DNA from: Takakia lepidozioides
Lineage: Eukaryota; Plantae; Bryophyta
Reading direction: 5' to 3'
Assembly (NCBI GenBank): GCA_030704615.1
Contig: CM060733.1
Coordinates: forward strand, 66,650,001-66,714,000
DNA: 64,000 nt
Position 1 is the stretch's first letter. Each line of letters starts with the position of its first letter. Below the pieces are notes generated by a model that had not been told where the DNA came from, made no database searches, and worked only from the letters and a program-made list of their open reading frames with translations. The position numbers and the translations under genes were made by a program. Shown piece by piece: positions 39,281 to 53,100 of this stretch.

Positions 39281-39866
39281 TTTGTGTTTTGAGAACTTTG
39301 TGGGTATGTTCGGAGAAAGATCATAGATTTTGCGAAATGATTATGAAATACGCAAGGACCAGGCGAAATTTGTTTGGAAGATGACCGTTCGTAACTCGTT
39401 ATAACTTATTGGTTAACATCAATTTTCCTTGTTCTCCTGCTTTCGGAGTTCATTGCAAATACCCACATACGCGTCATGATCAATATGACACCATTGTAAA
39501 TTTGTTTACAGGGTGAACTACTTCTTCCCCATCACACGAGTGTAAATGTGAAGAAAACGCTGCTCATGCAATTGAAATTGGCAAGTGCCGCACATGTGCA
39601 TTGTGTATTAACAAAATTGGTGATATACAAAATTGGCGGAATGTCATTACTGTGTTTTCCAACAATATTCAAGGTACAACAAAAATGCATATTGTATATG
39701 TATTACGCTGCCAGTCATTAAAAGCCTAGTCGTCACTGTCCGAAGACAAGAAATTTGATGTTGTGGCCTGATTTGCACTGCCAATTGCCAGAGCTTGCGA
39801 CCGTGATCTCGTGGTCAATGAGGGGCCCAATGACATGTGATCAATTCTGGCCTGCATCCGCCTACT

Positions 39867-42581
39867 TCACGGCGAAAGATGACTTTCTTCTTCACTCTCA
39901 CGACGTGGCGGAGGTGGATCGAGAACAAGTGCTCGAGCTGCATGCAAATCGGCAACGAGGCCGTCCACATCCGACAATAGAGCCCCCGAAACACGATGAT
40001 AACGGTCTGTCCATAGTCGCCTCCATTTCTCTACAACTACCTTGATGGTACTTTTGAAACTTTCCAACTGCCTCTCACGGGCCCTATCCCTAATCATTGT
40101 GTCGTTTTGACGATAAGCCACCTCGTACGCCTCATTCATTCGGCGTTGATATATTATAACATCTTCCAGTTCGGACAGCAATAAATGTCTCCCAATCGGT
40201 TGTCGGTCATACAATTCGTTCTCCTCCGGCACCCATGGAACCTGTGGGAGCCGGATAAACCTGGACCTTCTTTGACTCCAATGCCCTCCCAGATTGCGGC
40301 AAAACTGCTCTCTCTCCCAACAATCTCGAATGCCTCCCGTATATATGGTTATCTTCCAATAAGATGTGACCCAGAAATACCGGGGATCTTTGATGTATGC
40401 CGGGTTTCCGGCATGTATGCCATGCATCTCTCTGTCTGCAACCCATACCAAGTTCTTGCCCCAATGCACACAATTCAGAAATGTGTATGGTAGCCCATCC
40501 AATGGGAGGTTGTGTCGATTGTATTCAAAACCTATGCGCATCTGATCCTCCAAGCCCACCAGCTCATAGAAACGGCGATGGATTGGTGTACGGCATTCTG
40601 GGCAAGTGCTCGTCTGCAAAGCTTGCGGGATAAGACATGTGAAATGGAACATATGTCCACATGATCCAAGCACATGACATCCCTCTGGGCCGTATGGATT
40701 CCTACACATCGAACAAACTGTGTCATCTGATATCCATAACGGCAAAACGCCTCGTGGTATCTCCTCCCTCTGGGCCGGTTTGATGTGGTTGGTCATCCTT
40801 GTTGTGGTGTCTCACTCTTCCTCTATCTCTAATTCCCAGTTTATGCTTATGTTCGACCCCGAAATTCTGTGCTCACATCGATCGAACATAGAATCCACCC
40901 GGCAAACACGCTTGATGCGATGCGGAGATTGTTACACCTTTGCATGTTGGCATAAATGCTATCCATGCTACGGTTTGACATGCGTGCGACACGTTGCAAG
41001 CCTGACAGTGCCCGCTCTACCCGTGCTTCTCTGGAGGCCAAATGGGTCGCCCATTGTACCTAATTCTCCCAATCGCCATTCAATGGGACCCATGCCTGAA
41101 TCTCCAGCGTTTTGGACAAGCGCCATGCAGTTGCCATGACAATGTCCCGCTCCCTTGTAACGCGGTCGACATCTAATATCGGGTTCATCTCCGATTGAAT
41201 GGCGACCTTCGAGTATTCCCCGATTTCCAGTACTGGTTCTTTTCCTTTCCTCATTCTCTCATCCGCAATTCGTTGTTCCTCAACCATGGTTTCATCGGCC
41301 ACAGGGTCAAGGACGTCCGTAATTTTGTGAATGATGAGGTCAATACTGCGATCGGGCATCGCAAACTCCGCGTGTCCACGACATTTGTTCGATCCTCATT
41401 GTGGACAATAATGTCTTCATTGTTTGGAGGCATGTCTTGCAATCTAGCTTCCAACTTGGCTATTCGCAGTGTTTGCCAGTCTAGTCGGTCCTGCAGGGTC
41501 CTGATTCGCTAGTCTATTTCCGCCAGTTGTTCCTCTAACGTTGCAGCCGGTTGTATTCCAAACGTGTCCGGGATGTACTCCAAATCGTATAGCAACCTTG
41601 CGTTCCTCCTATTAGCAGTTTGCCAATTCACTGGACGCAAGAATATGACCTCCACGTACAACATGGCTACCAAGGTGTACGGGATTTGGCCCTTTAAGAG
41701 AGGTTGACCCCACAATATGCAATGCACCTCATTCGTCCTATGCTGGAAATGCAAGTTCGTGCAAGACCTAGCTATGGCCAAAAACATCAAGGCCTCAAGA
41801 GGACCTAGCCTGCATCATGCACCAAATGAGCATCAGTTTCAGGGAACTGCCAAACCTCCCTCATCCCCCTCGTCCCTTCTTCTTTGCAGCTCGTGCTCGG
41901 CGTTTCTTATGGGCCATTGTAGGGGTTACCTCCAAGAGGGCCCTAGTTCTGTCCTCTGGACCATATGAGCAATGATATCTACAACAACAAACTACATTCC
42001 GTTACTATCACACCAAGGGGACTCTGGCCCTTACGCATTCATGGAAATTATTGAATAGTCTTTGTAACACATGATCGGCAGGCCTATGTCCCTTGTTATA
42101 GTCAAAGCACTGTTGGTGCGAGGAGCTAAGAGAGATCCCTCCGGACAGCCTCTGTGGAAAGTGCATGGGCTAGCTGCACGGGAGGGCTCCCCAGTAATGA
42201 AATCAGCAACGCGATCCCATGGAATGTAGGCGATTTGGGGTGAGTCTTTGCCAGGAGACTTGCCATGCCATTGGAAACGCCACTGCAGTACATGGTTGAA
42301 AGCACTGCATTAAGCATTTGCACTTGGTTTCAAAGCAGCAAAACAAGATGAGACACAATTTCTTCAGATTTCTCGCCAACAGACATGTTGATATACAATT
42401 CACAGAGGAGGTGCGGCTGATAGAGGTTGCACGTATGCTTCCCAGCCAGAACAGTTTTAGACGCCGATGAAACGAAGGTGACGATTGGAGGTCGCCTATC
42501 ATTACAAATACTTCCTAGTCTCATCCATCCATACCTAGACACATCCATCCTAAATCCTAGAAGTAGACCAGTCGTGTCCAT
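39867..42581 (-). pseudogene. Disrupted multi-segment gene whose last ORF (39867-40796) encodes a RING-H2 finger; probably transposon cargo
   Basis: CSMCRNPYGPEGCHVLGSCGHMFHFTCLIPQALQTSTCPECR. Upstream coding-like frames at 41060-41790 and 42126-42581 are broken by stops and frameshifts. Flanked by the repeats at 38-39 kb and by a GC island plus GCTAGGTG end at 43253. Confidence 0.55.
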
Positions 42582-44113
42582 AAAATAATACTAGATTTCA
42601 AATTTCAAATTTCAAATTTGAACATATGTAGCCATGTGTAACCATGCATATGTTGGCTTCACTCCCACTATGGTCATCATGTTAGGATCATGACCACATG
42701 TGACATCTGCAATGTATGGGTGTATGTTTGACATGAATCATGTGTTGTGATGACGGCTGGGGGGGGGTTTTCGCGCAGAGAGGGTCCCGGGCCACAGCGA
42801 CCGCGAGCCGCGCAGGAGCCGGCGAAACGGGTACGTCTGGGGCGTGGGGGCGCCATGCAGGCTCCTCCCTTGGGCTCGCATTAAACTCCAGGGCCTTTTC
42901 TAATGTGCTCCATAATGTCGCCCCCCCCTCTAATTCCTGGACCACTCTAGAGTGAAAAGGGCCCACCAGTGTTTATTAATCTGGCGACTTTTCCAGGTCA
43001 GCTACTCTTACTAAGGAATTACGGGAGTAAAAATTAAAAAAATCGCCAGAAAGTGCCAATGGTTAAATATCAGGAGCCAGATGTCCTACGTGGACCTGTT
43101 AAAATATGACACCTGTAATATAGCCACTTTTCTAACTGGTCACCCCGTAGTCTGGCCATATGGGCACTGGGGAGAATCTACATGTCGCCCTGCCTGCGAT
43201 TTTGGAAAAGTGAAAAAAAAACACTGGGCCCACCCAAACTTGTCGGGCTAGGTGTAGAAACTGAAAAGTCAAACTAGTACATTATGCTTTTGCATAAAGT
43301 ACCAGAAGCCATTATGCAAAAGCATAATCTGCCAGCAATGTGGCTAAAGCAGGAGTGATTTTCATAATTTCTGGAAAATGAGCTGGTATGAGCTGCCCAA
43401 CAAAAATCCATATATGCCCGCAAAAAATGATTACGATTACTTTCTCCGAGTAGAATACTAGGAGCGAGCATTTCTCTATCTCAAGGACAGATAAACCAAT
43501 ATTTGCGGGACCCGCAGAAATTTTGTTTCTGTTTTCGTTTTTGCTCTGATACTTGTCGCTAACTGAAGACTATCTCCCAGACTAGTGCTGCTTTACTTTA
43601 CCTTCTGCCCTGCCTCCACATAATAAAGTTTACATTTCAATCTAACCAAAATTGCCTCAATGAACTAACAAGAACTGCAGATCCATCCTAAGGCTCGTTA
43701 TATTTGCAAATTGAGTGAACAAATTAGAGACTTCCAAGTCTTTGGAAAAAGTTGCACAAATGCAGAGATTGTAAACGCAAGAACCATTATAGAATCCCTT
43801 GGTTGTTCCAAAACCATAGATGCGGCTTAAAGGGCTTAGAACTCTGAAGCTCTGAAGAGCAATTCTGACTATCCACAACTGCATATATGATCATCCACAC
43901 GATTGACTGATGCACAACTGCAAAACAGTATGTGCTAGCATACCTACATTTACACACTCCTTATTTGCTGACTAGTTCTATGGTACACCTTTGATGTTCA
44001 ACTGAACATTGATAGTAAGAGCTAATAAGACAATCCAATAGAGCTATAAAGAACAAAGGTACATAATCTTTCCTTCACCTGGGTTACGTGTGATTGAAAC
44101 AAACATAGCTATG

Positions 44114-47100
44114 TCAGGCCTCAAATGTTGAATCCAAATCCACAGTTGGGGCTTTTTGGTACGAAGGAGACTGCTGACTGGTGGAGGTGTAGATGGAGGC
44201 ATGATGCTGGCCATACAGGGCATACACCATTATAGCTATGGTGCTCACAACTGCAAACCTTACCCAAGCTTCCCAGTGCAGCTGCACCAACATTCCCCAC
44301 AATTTACCATCTCTGTTAGATGTACTGATTTGAACTGCAAGAAAATTTATAACATGAGATTCTTGTACAGCAACAGCAAGCTAGCTTTGGAGGGAAGAAG
44401 AGAGTTTAATCAAAGACTTGAAAAGCTAGAGAGAGGCACCTGAGCAAATAAGAACATGTTTAACGTAATGCTAAGCACCGGTAAAGTGGGTACCCAAGGG
44501 CAAGCAAACCCGGATGGCCTTATATACTCCTGCACACATAAGTCACATCAATACTTTGCAGGGAATTTCAGCATCCCATGGAATGTAACAGGTCCCAATG
44601 CCACACTGACGTTGCTACTTACCCAACCTATCACTAGGAAAAGCTTACTCCAATAACATCTGAGTATCCCACCGCCTGTCACTTCACAGCTTGAGGAGTC
44701 TGAGAATGGTAGCAACCCACCTGATGCGTATGAAGAGGGATTGCAATCAACCCCACCACCACCAACCCTGCAATGCCAAATGCAATAGGGGCACCCGTCC
44801 GATAGAACAGGCCAATCAGAAAGCCAGAGATGGCGATACTTATGATACAGACCACTGCTTCTTGCCAGCGTGTGAGGCCTTTGTGAGGTATCTGTGGTTC
44901 ATGCTGCTCCCAATGCTCCTCAGGTTTTAGTCGGGTCATCAACACGCAAGCGCATACCACAGAGTAAGCAAACTGTTATCCCCCACACCCCCCCACCATC
45001 GAGCAACATTGTCAAAAGAGGGGTGAGAGACACGTACTATATCAGAGAATGCTGGGCATCATGTACAGGAATAGACACAGGTTCCCTTTAACTGGGTTGC
45101 TATACCATACAGGGATGGGGTGACTCAACTTCAGTCTAGGGCCCAGGTTGGGAGTCCTTAGGCCAGCTTTCCATATCCGTGGGACCCCTACGTCACAGAT
45201 ACTGAAAATGGGCTACAAGGGTCATGAGATGGGCTCACCCCATTCGTGACCCATTCAAAACAACAAGCTCTTGAAGCCTAGAGTTTAATCGGGAGCAAAA
45301 TGGGACCTTAAACTGGGACAACTGTCTTTCACCAATCTTGAAGTTTCCTTGGCCGTAGAATCAGTGGCCATCATCCTCACAATAGGGGCTCGAGATAAGA
45401 TGATGTGGTGGAGACTTCATGCTGTAGACTCCATGTTTGAAGAGCTCAGGATAAGTGTTTTTGCTTTCAGATTAGCGCAATCCGTTTCAAGAGCTTGTTT
45501 GGATTCTAGTAGACCTCTACTTTTGTTCAATGGACAATCTACAAACAAAGTTTTGCACCTTGTTTGATTACTGGTCACTGATATCCGAAGGTTTTTAATT
45601 GTGAGTTTAAGAATTGAGACACACATGGTGTCAGGTGTTTATATACCAAATCTCAGTTGTGGTACGTGTACTTTCATAATGAGCTAGAGAGCCTTCTCCT
45701 TTGTTTCGGCCCGTTCCTTACTCTTCAAAGCACCTTTTGATGGATACTACTGCCAAAGTGAACATGGGTGTACGATGAACCTGCTCTACACTTGTGATCA
45801 TCTATAACCCTGCCAGCACTAGAACCGCCTTTATCACAACATTATCCTAGTAGGTTGATAAATCAAGACTTGGTTTGCAGATCACTCTTTATTAGTAATA
45901 GATGTTCAAGTGATTGTTGGGCAGCATGACAAAATCGTGCAGGTAGGCAGAAGCGGGTGAGCGCTAAACGGCAAATCACTGACAGACTCTCCAGGCAGAC
46001 AGGCTCTCAAACAGACTGTCAACTCGAGACAGTCTCCCAAACAGGTTTTGCAATCATATCCAAGTTGGGGCACATGGTTGCCTGAAGGAACCGGCCTATG
46101 AACTGCCGGTAACTCTGCATCCCGCAAAGGTCTGGCTGGAATGGCTCATGGAGTTCAACATGGTTACGGGTGGGACAGGCCATGCGTTTCACATGGCAAG
46201 GTGTGCCTCAGTGTGGGTCTCCGGACCGGGAAGTCCGCCCATTCCCATTGCGATGTCACACATGGGTCACTGGTGGACATGGACAGGCCCCCTCAGAGGC
46301 CCCCCCTTGTTACTTTCGAGCAACATTCCTTTATGCCTAACTTCATTTTCATCGGACAGTCTTTGGGCATCAGACATGGCTTTGGACACAACCCCCTACA
46401 GGTCAGCTTCATCCAGTAGGGTCAATTTTTCTGGACTAATATTCAGATACTTTAAGATCTCTTCTTCTACCCTTTTCCACCAAGACTTAGCCTGTTTAGT
46501 CCAGCAAAATAGCGTCAATTATCTTAGAGTATCTGGTATTAGGCATGCGATTAAACTGACCCCACCATATGGCCTTGAAAACCTCACGTCGAGAGCTTAA
46601 GGGAGGTATGCCGAACTTTCCCCAAATAGCCACATTAGCTGTTCTAGAACAAGCCGAATTTTTATTTTTAGAGCAGTGCAACCTAAATTGATTCTAGAGA
46701 TGTAGCATGGTTGGAATACGGACTCCAAGGCCGGCCTGATAACGTTGCAAAGCAAGGTCCTTTTAACTTCAGTATTAATCCCTCTGCAGTGGAAAAATTA
46801 GTGAGACCCAAAGCTTTGCGTTTAGCTGATTGAATCACTTTTTTGTATATGCGCATCCCGGTTACAGTTGGACGAAAACTCAACACCAAGATATGTGTAG
46901 GAAGGGAGTGCGGGGATCTCTTTGTCACCCCATTTCCAGTTGAGATCCCCTCCTTCCTCTCCATGGTCGTTGAATGCCACCACTGCGCATTTACTAACAT
47001 TAGCTTCTAGCCTCCACGGGTCAAAGAACCTCTTCACACAATCAATCGGCTCCTGGAGATTGGATGGGGTATCCCCTAGTTCTGCGTAATCATCCGCAAA

Positions 47101-50100
47101 CATAAGAGCTGGTATGGCGGCATCACCCAACCCCTCACTTTCCACATTTTCAAGATGCTGATGAATGAAAACATTGAAGAGCAGTGGGGAGAGAGTACAA
47201 CCTTGTGCTGCACCTTGATCAATATCAAAGAAGTTAGACTTCTGTCCATTGACCGTAACACAGCTTTTGGTGTTCGCATACAGGTTGTGGACCATCCTCC
47301 ACATCTTACCCCTGACCCCAGAAGACCAAAGCCCGAGCCACAGCCCGTCACACCATACTGTGTCATAAGCCTTTTTGACGTCCAGGAAGAAGACAAAAGT
47401 GGGCTTTCCTTCTTTTTTCCTTCCCTGGATGATCTGGCTTAGAGTGAAGATATGGTCAGTGCAGCCCGTCTCCGAAAGCCAGCCTGGCCTTCAGAGAGAG
47501 ACAGACAGACAGAATGTTCCATTTTCCCGTTCCATTCTAGACAAAAAGATTCTGAACAGAATAACGGGATCAGGCAATTCTTGAGGGCTGTTACAGAGAA
47601 CCTAGCCACATTCAAGGAAAAAAAGAAGGAGAGGGAGAGATACAAAAATCCTCAGAACTCTCATTTTCAGGTTTCCTAATTCTGATACAAGGCATTGGCT
47701 ACAGTAGATCAGCCAATAGAGCAATGTACATTGATCGGATCACGTAGAAGGTGTACACATACGCTCTAGTAAGCTGCTGCTACCGGGCCTAGCACAAGAT
47801 ATCATGGATTAGTTCACCCTCAAAGGTCATGTTCGTTCACTAGGAACCTTCATGGACTTACCATTCTCCTTGCCTTACCATCAGAAACGTATGAGCCGCT
47901 CAAAAGGCAATCTGTGGTTAGCCATATTCAAGGAAAGAGAGAGGGGTACAAACAGGGGTACAAGCACAATTCCCTTGATAGATTTGAAGAGAGCGTCTCT
48001 TTGGTGAGAGAACCCCGGACAGTGTATCAGAAAATGAATACTGTCTTCAGATTGCCCACACAACGGGCAATTGCACTCTCCCTTTCCTCTCTGCTTCTGT
48101 TTGCTGTTCAAAGGTAGGCTTCCTGCCCTGAGTTTAAATTTCAGTCTAGTGCCGAGAGTGGGTAGACCCTTCAGGTCATCCAAGATGTCCTCCCCCATGT
48201 CACTGACTGGAAACAAGTTCAGGGAAGTTTTCTGCCTAACTTCATTTTCATCAGTAAATCTCATGGCAACAGACATGGCTTTGGACACTACAGCCTCTAA
48301 GTCAGATTTATCCAGCAGGGTCAAGACTTGCGGATCCAGGTCCAGGTCCTTGAGAATCTCTTCTACTCTCTTCTGCCAGGACTTAGCCTGTTTGACAGGG
48401 CGGTCCTGTTTCCAAGATATAGAGTCGATTAACTTAGAATATCTCGTGTTGGGCATATGTTGCAGCTGACCCCACCATCTGACCTTGAATTCATCTCGTC
48501 GGGAGCTTAAGGACGGAATGCCAAACTCACCCCGAACAGCCACATTGGCTGTTTTGGAGCATGCTGACATACACTCCTTAAGCACCCCCACTTGAATGGA
48601 TTCTAGAGACTTAGCCTGGTTGGAGTTATCAACCCATATAGCAGATCCGTACTCCAAAGCAGGTCTAATAACGCTACAAAGCATGGTTTTCTTAACCTCA
48701 GAGTTGACCCCTCTGCAGTGGAAAAATTTAGTGAGCCCCAGAGCTTTGCCCTTGCCAGTTTGAACAACTTTCCGGATATGTGCATCCCAATTACAATTGG
48801 AGGAAAACTCAACGCCCAGGTAAGTGTAGGAAGGGAGGACCGGGATCTCTTGGCTACACCACTGCCACTTAAGATCACTTCCTCCCTCTCCTCTGTCGTT
48901 GAATGCTACCACTGCACATTTGCTGACATTAGCCTCTAGCCCCCAAAGATCAAAGTATCAAAGAGATTGTACTCATAAGACGTTTGCCGTAGCCTTGTGG
49001 CCATTGACCCCGCGCCCAGTTTGAGCGGGAACAAAAGGGACAGAACCTACCTCTGTCAGGGGCTGACGTTGGTAGTAAGACTTACCTCCATATAAAGAAT
49101 TAATCCGGGTTTTCCAGATATCCTCTAGAAATCCCTTCACACAAGCATCAATCTGCTGTGTGTGATTTGCCCAAAAACTAGGCCTCAGGAGGGCCTGGGC
49201 TTTTGGCTCAGCCTCGAGACTTTCAAAGTTGGTAAACAGGGGTACAGGCACAATTCCCTTAATAGATTTGAAGAGAGCGTCTCTTTGGTGAGAGAACCCC
49301 GGACAGTGTATCAGAAAATGAATACTGTCTTCAGATTGCCCACACAACGGGCAATTGCACTCTCCCTTTCCTCTCTGCTTCTGTTTGCTGTTCAAAGGTA
49401 GGCTTCCTGCCCTGAGTTTAAATTTCAGTCTAGTGCCGAGAGTGGGTAGACCCTTCAGGTCATCCAAGATGTCCTCCCCCATGTCACAGACTGGAAACAA
49501 GTTCAGGGAAGTTTTCTGCCTAACTTCATTTTCATCAGACAATCTCATGGCAACAGACATGGCTGAGGACACTACAGCCTCTAAGTCAGATTTATCCAGC
49601 AGGGTCAAGATTTGCGGATCCAGGTCCAGGTCCTTGAGGATCTCTTCTACTCTCTTCTGCCAGGACTTAGCCTGTTTGACAGGGCGGTCCTGTTTCCAAG
49701 ATATAAAGTCGATTAATTTAGGATATCTGGTGTTGGGCATATGTTGCAGCTGACCCCACCATCTGACCTTGAATTCATCTCGTCGGGAGCTTAAGGACGG
49801 AATGCCAAACTCACCCCGAACAGCCACATTGGCTGTTTTGGAGCATGCTGACATACACTCCTTAAGCACCCCCACTTGAATGGATTCTAGAGACTTAGCC
49901 TGGTTGGAGTTATCAACCCATATAGCAGATCCGTACTCCAAGGCAGGTCTAATAACGCGACAAAGCATGGTTTTCTTAACCTCAGAGTTGACCCCTCTGC
50001 AGTGGAAAAATTTAGTGAGCCCCAGAGCTTTGCCCTTGCCAGTTTGAACAACTTTCCGGATATGTGCATCCCAATTACAATTGGAGGAGAACTCAACGCC

Positions 50101-53100
50101 CAGGTAAGTGTAGGAAGGGAGGACCGGGATCTCTTGGCTACCCCACTGCCACTTAAGATCACTTCCTCCCTCTCCTCTGTCGTTGAATGCTACCACTGCA
50201 CATTTGCTGACATTAGCCTCTAGCCCCCAAAGATCAAAGTATCTCTTCGCGCAATCAATCAACTCCTGGAGATTGGTTGGAGTCTCCCCTATGCCTGCGA
50301 AGTCATCCGCAAACATAAGGGCTGGTATGGTGGTATCACCCACCCTTAACCCAAATCCCTCACTTTCCACATCCTCGAGGAGTTGATTGATGAAAACATT
50401 GAAGAGCAGAGGGGAGAGAGTACATCCTTGAGCTACACCTTGGTCTATGTCAAAGAAGTTGGACTTCTGTCCGTTAACAGTGACACAGCTTTTGGTGTGA
50501 GCATACAAGTTGTGGACAACTCTCCACATCTTTCCCTTGATCCCACAAGACCAGAGGCGGAACCATAGGCCATCCCTCCACACTGTGTCATAAGCCTTTT
50601 TGACATCCAGGAAAAAGACATAAGTGGGTTTCCCTTCTTTTTCCTTCCCTGGATAATCTGGCTTAGAGTGAAGATATGATCCACACAGCCCCTGTTTCGC
50701 CGAAAGCCAGCTTGGCCTTCGTGGAAACAACCTCTGGACTCCAGATCAACCTCGAGACGAGTACTTATAACTCTGCAGAATGTCTTGCCAACAGCATTGA
50801 GGAGCGTGATGCCACGGTAGTTCCCCGGTTCTTCTGTGTCACCCTTCTTGTATAGATTGACAATGACCCCCTGTCGCCAGCGAAAGGGGATCATTTCAGT
50901 CTTCCAGATAAGGTTAAAGAGGAGAACTAGGGCCTCTATCATGGGATCGCCACCGTGCTTGATAAGCTCGTTGACAATACCATCAGGTCCACCAGCTTTA
51001 TATCCATTTAAATGTTCAATTGCTTCCACAATCTCAGAAGAACTAATGGGAGCATTATAAGCCATTGAAATATACTCCAGTTCATCAGGGCTGTTTTGAA
51101 TCATAGGAACAGTTTTTCCAACTGTGTCCCTCCATTCAGCAGAAGACCCCTCACTGTTAGACCTAGAAGTTCTGCCAAGGATACTGTAGTGAGTTTCAAA
51201 GGTTTTGACAATGTCAACCGATGAAGTCACCACTGCACCTGTAGTAGTCTTCAGCGCTTGTACTTGCTGACCGTTTTTCGGTTTGTACAAACGTTGAAGG
51301 GCCAACCAGAATTTCTTGTCATTACCACCATGGTGGTTTGAGTTTATTTCACTGTATAACTTGTCCCAGTATAATTTCTTCTGAGACCTAACAAGCTGAT
51401 TGATATCTTTACGGAGCTGGTAGTACCTCGCCCACAATTCTCTGTTGGTTTCCAAATTGCAGCACTCTTTATAGAGGGCTCGTCTCTCAGCTATCTTGAG
51501 TTTAATCTCATTAGTCCACCAATTAACTGCTCTACCGCAGACAATTAGTTTCCTCCCAATGATCTTGTCAGCCACGGAGGAAACGAAACTCTCCCAAGAG
51601 TCCACTGCTCTTTCGACTTCATTTCTTGCGTTAACAGAGCGTGACTGAAGTTCTTGGAGCGATTGGACAAAATGAGGGAGAGCCTCTTGCAAGGCCTGGA
51701 CGTACTCAGCCTTGACCTCCTCATTGTGGAATTTTTCTATGCGCCACTTCCGAATCGAACGTTTCACAGATCTCTTGGTGGTGGGAAAACACCTTTTGAT
51801 CTCAGTCCAAACCAGGAAGTGGTCAGAGGTACCAATATCAGTTCTGTCAATCAACACATTGGCACACTGGGGGAACAAAATTTTGTCCATTATGATATAG
51901 TCCACAATGGAACGTTCCCCAGTTTGGGGTTTCTCACGAGTCCACTGCACTTGGTCACCTCTTGTCCTGTTATTCAAGGTCAAAAGCTGAAGCTCTTCTA
52001 GACAGTTAATTAACCGTCTGCCATTAGAATTCAGCTCGTCCTCACCAAAAGGTCCAATGATATCGTCCTGATGGATCCCTTTGCCCACCCGGGCATTGAA
52101 GTCCCCCAATAGTACCACCTGACCTTTGGCAAGGAACGAAGCACAGTCCAGCTTTACATCTTCGAAGGCCTTGTCTGCGTCAGCACTAAGGGTCCCCTCT
52201 GTGGGCATGTAAACACAACCAACAAAGAGGTCCTTTGTACTCATGCCGCCCTTCAAATTCAGTTTTAGCCAGATACTATGCTCGTACCTCAAACCCTTGT
52301 TGATAATTTCACAATTGTCAAACAAGAAATCACGGACAAAGAATCCAACCCCTTTTTGACCGCGTTTGGCAGAGGCTGCCTTGAGAGTACACATCTTACC
52401 TGCCCATTTATAACCAATGACATCTCCAACCAGTTTATCCGACGTTTCCCATGTTTCTTGCCCAGCACAGATATGAATATCATTAGTCCGAAGAACTTGT
52501 CCCACTTCAAGTTGTTTCCTTTGGTTGGTCAACCCTGAGAAGTTGAAAGTGGCCAGCCGCAAGCCAGCCCTTTGCGTGTGAATTGTTTGTCGTCTAGGTA
52601 GCTTGTGATTGCTCCTGGACGGCCAACCGTTCTGCAAAGGGGGGACAGTTACCCCATGTGTAGATTTTGCTCGTCTTGTGTAAACTTTGAGAATTGGTAA
52701 ACCATTCAGGGTACCAAATCTTTCAGTTACACGACGCACAGGCTCCGCACACATAGGGGCAGATTGTCCGTCAGACTGCTTGGGGACAATTACCCCATGT
52801 ATAGGATTTGTTCGTCTTGTGTAAACCTTGAGGATTGGTAAACCATTCAGAGTACCAAATCCTTCAGATTCAGGACGTTCAGGTTCCGTACACTTAGGGG
52901 CATCTTGTCCTTCTGGCTGTTTGGATTCAACCTCATCCAGAGCATCAAACCGATTAGAAACTCTCAAGTTGAAGTTGTTGCCCTTGGTTGTCTTCCTAGA
53001 GCGCCCCATTGAATCACCAATGTCTAAGACCGCTCTCCAGCCAGTCAAGGGACGAACTTCTTTGAGATTGAATTGATGCGGGACTCTATTAGAAGCACTT

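Noticed and set aside
45110-45248. Tiny hAT-like MITE (gatggggtga / tcaccccatt)
   Set aside because: The TIR match is imperfect and there is no clear TSD.
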